Source: Iphione sp. A-MEVVRFRX5 (taxonomy: Eukaryota). From it: a DNA stretch of 64,000 nt. Position 1 is the stretch's first letter; each line of letters starts with the position of its first letter. The stretch covers positions 25,854,001-25,918,000 of the forward strand of contig OZ320319.1 in assembly GCA_976226885.1 (NCBI GenBank), read 5' to 3'. Shown here piece after piece: positions 50,242-61,709 of the stretch. A program made the translations under genes and the position numbers. The notes below the pieces were generated by a model. It worked only from the letters and a program-made list of their open reading frames with translations, had not been told where the DNA came from and did not search any database.

Positions 50242-51242
50242 ACATGTATTAGTACCAGTTCATTTTCGACATGTGTAGAATCCTTCTTACACTTTCCCTG
50301 TGCCCAGAACGGGCATGGTGTCTGCATGTTCGTACTATCCCTGCCTGCTGTCTGCCAGAATTCATTAACTGCGCGGGTTTTTAACTGTTGAATAGCCTGT
50401 GAACTCGCCAATGTAATGCGTTTAGCACCAACCTCCTCCCATAGCTCGCCGACCCATTTTTGGAGTGGTAGCCAGGGTAAGGCATTGGCTTCCCCTACAA
50501 AGTCTTTCACATGGGCTAATAAGTCTTGTTTAACAATGTACTTTGGCAGTTTTTTGTCTGTATACATGTTTAGGGCTCCTTGGACATACTGAAATGGTGA
50601 CAGCATATCAATGTCTGGTTTTTCAACACGAGGTAAATATATAAAGTGTGCCGGTGACACCTTTCGGAGCTTACCTTTCGCTTCTAGAGCCTCTGGATAC
50701 AAGGCATTTATAATGGAGTCCATGTTTTCGTCTGCCAACTCTCTCAAATCATCTGGTTGCGGGGTTTTGTCATCCTCGTCTTGCGGGTCGTCTTCCCCGG
50801 TATCTTTTTCTTCGTCGCCACGTGCTTCTTCTCCGTCTCGACTGGTCGCCATTTTTGCTGCTTGCCTCGTAAGAATTGCTGAGCGGGGTATGCCTGTCGT
50901 CTTGCGTGGCTTCGTCTTTTCCATAGCGTCTATGCGAGCCTCCATTGTTTTTAACCTCTGGGTGAATTCTTTAAAAATTGCCTTGACATCCGCGTCTTCC
51001 TTTTCTGCCATGTCTACCAGCGTGGCTTCACCGTCCGAGTTTAGGAAAACAACAGGCAGGTGTGTAGCGACGAGAGTGAGGGCGCCAACTAGCTGCGCCG
51101 TGTTTATAAGGATCGAAGCCCTCTGGTGGTTCCCAAGATAAGTCGCTACCGCCACCTGCTGTAGCCCTCCTTTTGCCATTTTTTTAGGACATTTAGCATC
51201 ATTTTTGTCCTTTTTCATCATTTTTCCCGTTTTTCGGGACAT
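50049..51242 (-). CDS. ORF1 gag-like protein (397 aa) with Cys/His zinc-finger cluster
   Basis: ATG-initiated ORF with a coiled-coil-like and acidic middle region and C-terminal CPFWAQGKC...HVCPVC......HRPDVC. It overlaps ORF2 by about 190 nt. The N-terminus comes from a 50-bp tandem duplication (51187 and 51237). Confidence 0.85.
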   Translation of the reverse strand: MSRKTGKMMKKDKNDAKCPKKMAKGGLQQVAVATYLGNHQRASILINTAQLVGALTLVATHLPVVFLNSDGEATLVDMAEKEDADVKAIFKEFTQRLKTMEARIDAMEKTKPRKTTGIPRSAILTRQAAKMATSRDGEEARGDEEKDTGEDDPQDEDDKTPQPDDLRELADENMDSIINALYPEALEAKGKLRKVSPAHFIYLPRVEKPDIDMLSPFQYVQGALNMYTDKKLPKYIVKQDLLAHVKDFVGEANALPWLPLQKWVGELWEEVGAKRITLASSQAIQQLKTRAVNEFWQTAGRDSTNMQTPCPFWAQGKCKKDSTHVENELVLIHVCPVCFHLFGKSLDHRPDVCRQRKRLTRDDKEKKQSQEQAALPQRQTRRQDTNWQSNWAPSPTS

Positions 51243-53639
51243 TTAGCATCATATTTGTCCTTTTTCTGCATTTTTTCCATCATTTCCCGCACTGTCCCGC
51301 AGCCTCAACAAGGACACCCCTCTGCAGGAGACTGCGGGACCCTGCGGGAATTTTAGCAATGCATGGTGACGCACATGGACAGCTCACACATAGTCCCAGA
51401 CGTCACCGCATGTAAGGAAACCGGGCCTGTGTTAGGGAGGAGTAGTCGCCCTAACACCTCTACCAACACCTGAGACAACGAATAACCCCTCAGACGCTCT
51501 CTTACAGCTTGGATACCCTCCACCGGGGTGGGTGGTCACCACAGGCAGCAGTAAATTCGACTTTTGTACTGGTAATAGTGGTCTCCATAGCTCTTGGGTC
51601 TCCCTGGGTGACTAGTCTCCCTAGGTGGAGACTATTATATTCTAAGCGTACTCCCTTTCATTTGGTTCTGGGCAAAAGTGAGAGGCGACTGTACTTGCTC
51701 TGCTTGGTAAAGAGAACTCTCGTTTGGCCTACTAAGTAAAACTCTATTATTCTGGGTCAACAGACTTCCGAGGTGACCTTCCGCAAGTTTCATCCAGGAT
51801 AACAGGGGAGAACCTGGGTGAATGATCTTTCGAATCTCATTTCTCGGGTAGGGTGGTTAATTAATAATAGTTATAGATACGTCGGAACATTACTCTCATC
51901 TCCATGAAAGATTCATTACGTGGCACGAATGTAATCAACTGTCTTGATAAAGGAACCTGCACCAGTTGGCGTGAATGAAATGTATGACTTGAACAACTTA
52001 CCTTCTGCATGAGAATCCCACACATAACTGAGTCTGGCATTGGAAACTTTGTGACTGGCTAGGAGGGGAGTTATTAGATTCATGTAATGAGAGCTAGAGT
52101 GATTAATCTCTATGCCACAGTGATACCTTAGTAAAGTGCAGGTATACCTCTGTTACAAACACCTCTTCGAGTGAATCTCCTTTATAATTATGATAGAATT
52201 CTCTGCAAAATGTATGTCTTAAGGCCACTTCGTTCATGTATATTTTCAAAAGAATTAAATGGAAATGAACAAAAACCAATTCACGAAAACCAAAGACTTA
52301 TTAGTACACATCAAGCCAACAACAAATGCAATTGTTTTTTAGGGTGTCCAGATGTAACACGGTAAAATAATGGGCTCTGTTAGAATGTAAGGTGTATAGT
52401 TATAAGAACTGAACATAAGGCTTCTACAGGCAAGAATGTACTGTAAAAAATGTTCAAATATGGATCACAATTCATGTAGGTGAACATGATGTGTCTGCGT
52501 GTCATTATAGCCAAGCTACATGCTAGACACACAATGGAACTCCCACGAGGTCCTAGGGCTTGATGTGGGTGTGTCTGCTAGTTAAGCCTTTCTGGTGCTT
52601 CTTGATGTTATTTGAACATTAGGCAAGAATACCTGAGGTGAAGCCTGGGGTTAAATGAATATCCTTAGGGTCAAAACCATGTGGTTGCTTACAAATATTC
52701 ATGAATATATATGGGGAGAGCCAATTAGCTCTCTTTGGTCTTACTAACCTGTTGCCTACATTGTCTCGTGAATAAACCAAAGCTGAACATGCACCTACTT
52801 AGTGTGATGTACTCCCTACTTTATTACAGAAGTAAAAATTCGCCAGCAACAATAAATATTACAGTCAGCCGCACCTTGACCAAATTTGCACTGCATCATG
52901 AGCCTAGTTATTAACTCCCCGAATCTCAGCTTTCTGTCTCTTACAGAGAGCTAACGACAAGGTTTGGAAGAGGGACAGACAAGTGGATAGCCAATAATCG
53001 GTAGATGTGACTATCTATGCGTGTATCAATGTTTGAAAAGAAATCATTAAAAACGTACATTTTTATCTAAAAGCCTGTTCAGCTTTCTCTTTAAGGTATA
53101 AAGTAATAAACGCTTAGCTGTGCAACATTGCTATCTGTGAAAACCGCAAATGGTGTCTTTTTCTCCTTATTAGGCCCATGTTCTAAAAGGAGGAGCAGGA
53201 ATCTATTGAAAATAGATGATTAGATTGATGTATCGTTTCCGACATCTCTTAAAAACTGGAAATTTTATACAACGTTACATGTTATTAATACAGGTAACAA
53301 AATTAACATATGTTCATTTTGTAGATGTATGTATACATTCACTGACTGTATTCAGCTGAATCTGTAGTGTGAAGCAATCCTGTAAACATGAAATATGATA
53401 TCACTTCGGACAGCATATTGCTACATCACTAGTTCCTAAGTTCGCCTTCCCTATGCCTTTGTTATCGAATAATAGTCTTTTAGCCACTACAGCTGCACAG
53501 AAGTGCGAGAGTGTATAAATTATTATAGGAGATGGAACAGGTTTTTCTCTACAGCCAGGCATGCGGGAGTGTAAGACGAGTGTAGTACATCACAAAGAAA
53601 CAATACCTTCCATTTTGGTGAAGGAGTTAGGAAGAGCCA

Positions 53640-53664
53640 CACACACACACACACACACACACAT
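53640..53664. repeat. (AC)n microsatellite
   Basis: Visible AC run. Confidence 0.9.
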
Positions 53665-54659
53665 AAACACAATTGGGTGTATTTTATTACATATACATGT
53701 ACATATATGTGTTAGATACATACCAAGGACAGCATTGTACGCAATATATTTCTCCTTTATTATATTCGAGGCACAGCGGAGGATATAATACAGGAGTAAT
53801 ATAGCAAGTATGCACTGTCTGAGGTATGTATTTAACCTAAAGCATGGTTCCTTTTGTAATACACACACATATATTGGTACACTTCTTTTAATAGGCACAA
53901 AGAGCGTAGCACGGCTGCGATCTTTAATGCTCAGTGAGTATTCATTAAAAAAAGGGCTAAATGTATAAGGTATGTTTCACTATTATGAACTCAATAACCA
54001 TATGTATGTCTGCCTCTGTATGAATACTGCTTACAGCTTATCGGTTTAAGAGGTAGTGGTCTTTGGAAAAGGCTTGAAGTTCTAGAAGCTATGGTTAGAA
54101 AAAGCATGGACAAAAAGAGCTCCTCTTCCCAGGAAGGGGTTTTTAGCAGCTTTTACTGCAGTAATGTCAGTACAGGAGCAACTCAGCTTGTGGTCCACTT
54201 TGACAAGGTTGGCAACTCAGAATAAAGAGCATGTTGAGCTGGACAGTGGTTTATTATCCAACTCAGGTAGTAGGGCAACTCTCAGATAAGGGCAAAATAT
54301 TTTGGTTCCCTGTGTGGTCTTAACCTATTTACTACAGTAATTGGAACGGCATCATATTTTGGCCATGCATAGCATAAATGTGGTTGTAATAAACGAGATG
54401 CTACCATCAGGTTGACCAAACTGAAGACTGTTTATTCATTGTATGGACTTTTATAGTTGTCTCAGTGTCTCTTCAACTTATCAGCAAACAGAGACAAGTT
54501 CTAAATTTGGCTACAAAATTTCTTTCTAATGGAAGAGAATCTACCAATCAGAAATGACATTCTTTTGTGTAATACAATGTAACATATTTTGGAATAAAGA
54601 CCAGCTAATTAGAGGTAGTCCTCTTTACATGGTAATGTGGGGTGATCTCTGATCAACTA

Positions 54660-55450
54660 CAGAGAAGTTGTGATGCCACGGTCTGGTAAGATATACTTAA
54701 GTAACCCTGGTACTGGTTTTAGGTTGTGATGCAACAGTCTGATAGGATGTACTTAGTGACCAAGGTACTATAGTTGAGTATGAGAAGTCATGGTGCCACG
54801 GTCTGGTAAGATATACTTAACTGATCTTGGTACTGGTATTAAGTTGTGGTGCCATGGTCTGAAGGATGTACTTAGTGACACTGGTACTACGGTTAAGTAT
54901 AAGAAGTCATGGTGCCACGGTCTGGTAAGATGTATTTAAGTGACCCTGGTACTGGTATTAAGTCATGGTGCCACAGTCTGGTGAGATGTACTTAGTGACC
55001 CTAGGACTGGTGTTGAGGTACTTGGATAGGAAAAACTGTGGCACCACTGCTGTTTTTGACAAGAATGGATGTTAGAGGTGACCTTGGACCCTGGTAATCC
55101 AGGCCCTTATTACTTTATAGCTTTTGCCTATGCACTGATTAGTGGAACAGAACAACGCTAGACATGTTGTATCACTGTTATTCTGTACTTTGGTACAATT
55201 CCTGATCATATGACACTGTGGTTTGCTATAAATAAGGGTCCAGTGTGGTAAATAAAGTCAGTCTGCACTTGGATTACATTGTGGCTCTTGTCTATCCAGG
55301 GAACCTTAGGAACACAAAACCACTTGGAGCAACCTTAAGGGTGGGCTCAGGGATTATATGACTGGATAATACTAGTGGAGTAACTAAGCCAGCAACATAG
55401 CAGCCATTGTTGGATACCATCAAGTGGGAATTTAAACATTTTCTTTACCC
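54660..55450 (+). mobile_element. Diverged solo LTR of the same Gypsy family as 4843-5717, opposite orientation
   Basis: Aligns by eye to the reverse complement of 4843-5717: CCTGGTAATCCAGGCCC, CTATAAATAAG..CCAGTGTGG.AAATAAAGTCAGTCTG, CCACTTGGAGCAACCTTAAGGGTGG, AACTAAGCCAG, CAAGTGG.A.TTTAAACA. It has six GGTGCCACGGTCTGG-type sub-repeats. No PBS follows. Confidence 0.9.
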
Positions 55451-58400
55451 AACCAATAATATAGCAGACACCAAATGAGGAGGATGGGGTGATTCAGGAG
55501 TGAACAATCACATAACAATAGTGTAGCATGGAAATTCCCACTATGTTATAGGTACTGTGTGCTATATAGGGCTCCAAATGTGGGGCTGTGCATTATGACA
55601 TCTTAATGTGAGGTAACTGGTGTGGCTGACTATACCTGTTGACCCCTAACCTACACAGACTGTTGTACTTACTAACCTTTAGATCTAAAGGTATAGATCT
55701 ATATGTGAACTTAATACAAGGCCTTGCCGGATCAAGGTTTTGAGGTTCTACTATATGCATTTGTGTATTTGATACATCTGACTAAGTTGTAGTCTTCTTT
55801 AGTTGTGTTAAAAGGATTTATGTATGTAGTAGTATCATTGTGGGTACTCTAATACCGAATACAGAATTAGATACAGGTATGGCCTTTGAAGTACCATAAT
55901 ATTTTTTATAAAATGTTTTTAGCTGTTTGTGTTTCTGTGTGTATTTGTATCTTTTTGTCAGTTTTTTAAGTGTTGATTGGGTCTAGTTTCACAATTCTCC
56001 ATATATAAACTTTCACTATCCCTCTTTTTCCCTACCATCTGAGCCGTGTTCTCTAACAACTCTATAGCACTCTACTGTGCAATTACAACTAATCTAGATT
56101 ATCTTTTGCCACGGGTGTCGATGTGTCATTCCCATTGTTTCCCTTCTGTTATCACTGTAAATGAATTGCTGTTTCAAAATAAATCTGGTTGGCCGAATAG
56201 TTAAAACATAGCAGCAGGAAAAGGGATGAGCTGGAAGGGTCCTTATGTTATTACAGATTTTTATTTGGTGTTTTTGTATGAAACCTCACACTACTTATAT
56301 TTCATGAAATTATGCATTCAGTACTCTCATAATCTGCTTCTTCTATTTGCTTTTGGCCTGTGATAACTGTACAGCTAGAATAACTTTTCTCACTTTGTTC
56401 TCTCTCCTATCAATGTCCCAGTTTGGTTACAGAACTACCATAGCCAATGGGATACCATGGCATATTTAGCTGATAAAGATGTTAGGGCGCTTGCTGCTAA
56501 ACTTTGAACAGCATATTGCACAGCCATGGTAACAAATGTTAAAATTTACTTGACAGTGGTCTGACGCATTAGTGATAGATCAATCACTAGTATTGCAATT
56601 CTGGTACATGTATTCAATTTATCAGTGAAATTTCAGATTTATTTCTGAAATGTATGTGAATCATTTTCTTTACTTCCATCGGATAAGAACTCAACTCAAC
56701 TTGCATTCTGTCTTTGGCTTTGTGGCAACTGTGCATTCGGTATCGTATTTACATGCACCTTGTTGATCTTAATGCGTTTTGAACCAAGTAGTTGCTAGAT
56801 ACGGTGCGCCATTATAAAACACGTAAATGTACAGTTGCGTGTTTACATACCAGCTGCTTATCCAAAAAGAAAGGACAACTACATTCTTTGTCATTTTCGT
56901 TTTTAATTTCTATCATACAAGAGATGAACACAGATACAAACCCACTTTATATAGTGAACCAATGACAAAAAATACTTGCAGATTTGTATGGTCCATATTT
57001 CATTAGGTGTCCCGACCGGTTCAGTTCATAACCAGAATTAAAGAATGCTGCTGCATTTTGACAAACAAACATCTACACTGCCCATCAAGGAAAAGACACT
57101 ATGATGTATAGTTGACCTGACGTAGTAATTGTTGAAGTAACAAAAACGCAAAGCTTATCTCGGAAAGGGGGAGGATGGGGGTAGACTTAACACACATTCA
57201 GATGCATTATCTCTTTCATTTGTACTTTAGACCGGAAACCTCCCAGAAACAACAAATATCATAGGAGAAAATCTCTAAACCAACAAGCACATTGAGCAAA
57301 ATTCTACTGCCATCTTAAAAACTAGCAAATTGCAATCTAGGTTGTCCCTTTTTGTCACATTTGGGGATATGTTTGGTGATTCGTGTGTTACTAACACATG
57401 TATAGCAGAAGATATTGACACTATAAATTCACTTATAGGGACTTAAGCATATAGCTTTGTAGTTATTCTGTACAAGATCAGCAAGTAAGCCAGATACAAG
57501 CATGTATCCTGAAATAAATGGAAATTTGAAATAAATACTAAGTATGTGACTGAACTTCTGGTAGGTTGTAGTATTTCACTGACAATAAACACCTAATGAA
57601 AATATAAGGTGACCCAAAAGCAACTGAAACTAAGGAGCAATATAAAAAGTAACTTCTTACAATAAGTCGTATGATAAGGCAAACGTTGGCTATAAGCAGA
57701 TGCTATTAACGTGATCAAGCTAAAATTTACCTTAACATTAAACAGATACCATACAGTGGCAAGACCAAAAATCTGCTGGAAGAAAACCTTTCATGCCGTG
57801 GTGTACCAAAGTAACACCGACAACACTTTCATTGGTAATATCCCACTTGTAGTAACTTGCCTGCTGCACTTACCAGCTCTCACACTCCCCTAACAACATA
57901 CTTAATGTACACTGTTTTATTTCAGCAAATATACTGAACATTTAAGGAGCAAATATATACATATAGCTATAACTATACAAGTTGAGCAGGAGGATTAACA
58001 GTCATTTGAGAGAAAAATGAAATTAGAAATGAATCCATAAATATCCTTAGAAGAAAACAATGATACAAGTGAAAAATATGAGATTGACGTACAAATCTCT
58101 TGGGGGAACCATTTCAATAGGAGACTACATAAGCCAAACATCAAGGTGAGAACTGTACATGCAATTTGGAAACTGAACTTACTGCTTAGACGCTGCTCTA
58201 AACGATAAATATATACAAAGCACAAACACGAATATAACAAACAAGCTGTCTACAAAAGGGTAACTATCTATGACCATCTGGGTCGGAACTTGTGGTTGAA
58301 AGGTGTGTCTTACATGATAACAGTAGTTTTCACCGAACATACCAGGGGGCCTCAGAGATATGGGGCCGATAGGTGGCGTGACAGGAGCCTCCTATTCACC

Positions 58401-59263
58401 AGCTCGTGCTCATCTCGGGCAGTAACTATGCTGAAAGGTACATGTGCAACTCTGGGTAATTATACACTCTTAAACCATGGCTCACAAAGACCTTGCAGAG
58501 CTTCCGTTCATAGGAAACTCTCTTCCAAATCGTATGAAGGAAGAATTGTGTTTAGCATTTACAACTCATAATAAAAAGAATGAAGCCCTCGCCTTCCGGT
58601 GGAAAAAAAAAACACTTCACACACGGGAAACACTATTGACAAAGAATGGTGTGAATTATGTGAATAAACATATATTGCCAAACGTACATGCTCTCTTAGA
58701 GAGGGCGACAAGTAAATTTGTCAGCTATTTTACTAATGATAATTATAATCCCTCATGCGTGCGTATGATAAAAAAAATGTCGACAGTGATGTACATTGTA
58801 CAAAGATAACAGAGTTTATTTTTCTGTAGCAGATGCTATTTGGAATTTGAAAGTTTAGTGAGAAATAAACTCACCAGCGTACAGCTTTATTTGCTTATCT
58901 ACCCGCAAAAATACCTTCTTGGGTCTTGCTCCATATACATATCCGTAACAACGAAAAGCATACTGCATAATGCGAATTATCCCCGCAAAAAATCTAATGA
59001 ACTCTCGCACAATAAACAGGGAAGATGACGGAGATACGGCTGCAAAATGTTTCACCAATACCGGCTAGATATCTTTAACAGATGAAACCATCAAGCGACC
59101 CTCATTGTTACATTGCCATCCAATCTCTTGAAGCGTGGTGTCTATTAGAGATATGGGGAAGTATTTGGAATAGGTTGGATAATAAGAATAGCGGATTTTT
59201 CTTCCATGCGGATCCTTCTTTATTTTTCTTCCTGAAAGACGCGTGTTAAATCCACGGCCGTTT

Positions 59264-61008
59264 TTACCACTGCTCGTCTGTGTCCATCCCGCTGTTGTAA
59301 TCAAAGGCGCCACCTGCCGACTTGTTCTGATGACCCTGCGCGACCATGGAGGAGGAGGAGGAGGATACGGGGGGCTGGTTGCTTTCTGCCTTATAATCAC
59401 TGGAATAGGGATCACTATAGCTTTCACCATAGCCATAATCAAAAGGGTTACTATAGCCACTCTCTCCACCGCCACCACCGCCACCACCGCCACCACCACC
59501 ACTACTATCTCCAAGCATGCTGGTGTTGTTCTTCCCCTTGCCACCACTGTTCTCACTGTTGCTGCCGAAGCTGCCAAACCCTTCACTGTAAGCCATGCCG
59601 TAATCACCAGAAGAACCCTTGCCAGATCCCCAGTTGTAGCCATATGAGGATGGTGTATCACCAAAGCTCCAGCCTTGAGAGGTGCTGTACTCTACATTGC
59701 CTCCTTCTAAACCTGCTGACCTGAAGCTTGAGCGGTAGCTACTGAAGTCGTAGGCAGTTGAAAGTGACGTTCCTCCCCGGCCCCGGATACCCCTACCCCT
59801 CACCATCCCCCGACTGCCTCGGATTCGTGGGTCACGACCATGGCCAATGACTGGACCAAAGCCTCTGCCACCGTGCGAATTCATGCCGCTGCTGCCCCTT
59901 GCGGCCCCACTAGTGGCACCACCTCTGGGCATACCTCGCCCACCATATGGTCTGCCCCGCCCAGAGGGTGCTGCCCCATAATTGGGACCCCGGCCTGAAC
60001 CACCTCCACGGCTCACCCCACGAACTCCTCCAGGAGCACCTCTTGCCCTGCCCGCTCCTCTCCCGCCCCCTCGGGAAGGCCCTCTGACAGCGCCTCGCAC
60101 TCCTGTCCCACGGGATAGGTAGCCACCACGCACAAAGCCAGTAGTTGCCTTGAAGGCACCCCTGATCCCCCTGACTGCCCGGCTAGTCATCATGGCTGGC
60201 TGCTGGTTACTGCTGCCACTGTTTCCTGCGCCAGAGAACACTTCCATTGGTGCCTGTGAGCCTGGCTGGAGCTCCTGCTTATCTGCCCTGGCTCCATCGT
60301 CGAAGTCACTCATGCATGTATTATCAGTGGTGTCAGATGTAAAAGATGCATCTAGCTGGGCTCTGTCACTCTCAGTGGCCAGTCCCAAGTGGACCAGTGC
60401 TTCAAAGGCTGCCGCCAGCTTGGCTCTCTTCTTAGAGTAACCCACCCCTGAGAACACCTGGTTCTGCAGCTCTAAGACCACAGAGAAGGTGGCATTATGC
60501 AAAGGTCCGTCCTGCTTCACTAGCCTGTAGGTAAGCCCCCTGAAGTGATTGTTGAGCTTTCCAATAGCATTCTGTGGCAGGGGTGGGTTCTTCTTGGGTC
60601 GATTGCGGTATTGATCCACCTTCTCCTTCAGCTTTTCCTTCTTCTCACTCAGCCACACTCTCTTCTTTTCCATACGTTGCCACCGATGCATATTTAACTC
60701 ATATTCCTTAGCCTCCAGGTAGCCTGAATGCTTGAGTCCCTCCAGCACCTTCATAGCTGCCTGGAGTTTGGCCGTCTTCTTGGTGTTCGCCACACCTTCA
60801 TAGGTGACCCCTTCCACTTCTACTTTAACAGTGAACATGGCATTATGCACGGGTCCTGACTGCTCCACAAACTCATACTTGAGACCATGATAGACCTCGT
60901 TCAGCTGCATGATTGGGTTCTTGCCCTCTGGATACACCACTTTCTCTTTCTCCTTCAGGTGCTGCCAGTCAGAGTCCTCTCCCAGGAATACTGGCGAACC
61001 ATCCTCAT
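59264..61008 (-). CDS. Terminal coding exon of an RNA-binding protein with two dsRBDs plus RGG and Gly/Ser/Tyr-rich low-complexity tail (ILF3/NF110-STRBP-like or ADAR2-type dsRBDs without deaminase)
   Basis: dsRBD1 is NPIMQLNE...Y....GPVHNAMFTVKVEV....YEG...TKKTAKLQAAMKVL. dsRBD2 is NAIGKLN....LTY.....GPLHNATF.........GYSKKRAKLAAAFEAL, followed by many RGG/RG repeats. A strong acceptor TTTTATTTTATATTTTTTCTTAATACAG ends at 61009 (phase 1). Candidate AATAAA signals lie at 58886-58891 and 58815-58820. Confidence 0.88.
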
Positions 61009-61592
61009 CTGTATTAAGAAAAAATATAAAATAAAAATTTGAACTTGCATGTGTTGGCATTAAGTAATTCATGAAAAGTTAAGTCTGGTTATCTAGAGTA
61101 GTGCATTTATATAAATAAATGTACGTGAAGATAGGAAGGGAAAAATGCACAAGATAAGTTCTCTCTCTGGGTGTGGTCACCAGATGTTAGGATAGGCTGG
61201 TTGGAACATTGCTCAATGCTGAAAAACCTGAACTAAGGAATAAAATGGTTCTTAAGAAATCACAAAAATGGCACTTCTCTTTCGTTTTTGGCTTGTATGA
61301 ACAGTGACTGCTGTTCATTAAATGCTATTACTTGTATAAAACATAATCATTATTTGGAGATTATTTGTGATCCTCAAATGGATGATGTGTTCATGTAATG
61401 GATCTGATGTTAGATTGTGAACGTACACTATGCTGGCAACAAATACTCTGAGGATGTATGTAAATAGTTGAAACAAAGATCACAATAATAATGCCAAGAA
61501 ACAGACTGTGTAGTTTTTAGATTTTTGTTGGGGCACAGAGATAAAAGTTATGGCTGGGTGTGAGCTGCTGCAAAGAAGTTTCAAACCCTTAC

Positions 61593-61709
61593 TCTTTCTC
61601 TCGACCCGCCTCTGGCCTAGTTTATCAGGCCTTCGTCTCTTAAATATTTCATGAATGTAGAGGAGGTGGAAACTGACTGCTGCATAACTGTCAGGATGCA
61701 AATATCCCT
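61593..61709 (-). CDS. Candidate upstream 117-nt phase-1/phase-1 exon of the dsRBD gene
   Basis: Acceptor CCCCATTTTGTCTAG and donor AGA|GTAAGG flank an open frame GYLHPDSYAAVSFHLLYIHEIFKRRRPDKLGQRRVERK that joins the terminal exon in frame. No homology was recognised. Confidence 0.3.

Larger units (their letters stand above)
46800..51460 (-). mobile_element. Tyrosine-recombinase retrotransposon (DIRS order, Ngaro-like: gag, RT/RNase H without methyltransferase, YR); boundaries approximate
   Basis: Three overlapping uninterrupted minus-strand ORFs occur in the order gag > RT-RH > YR. AATAAA lies at about 47083-47088 after YR. The termini could not be fixed exactly. Confidence 0.92.

Noticed and set aside
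50611-51141. 176-aa plus-strand ORF antisense to the YR element gag
   Set aside because: Ser-rich mirror of the charged gag sequence; no independent support.
56995-57605. 16/17-bp inverted repeat pair about 600 bp apart
   Set aside because: AT-rich with an indel, and no TSD or second copy; may be a MITE relic but is unsupported.
59065-60440. Alternate-frame and antisense ORFs over the dsRBD exon (199, 134 and 96 aa)
   Set aside because: Explained by low-complexity GGT/GGC/GGA codon runs; no start context or homology evidence.
61012-61072. N-terminal MNYLMPTHASSNFYFIFFLNT of the called 602-aa ORF
   Set aside because: It translates the polypyrimidine tract and acceptor; it is intronic, not the real N-terminus.
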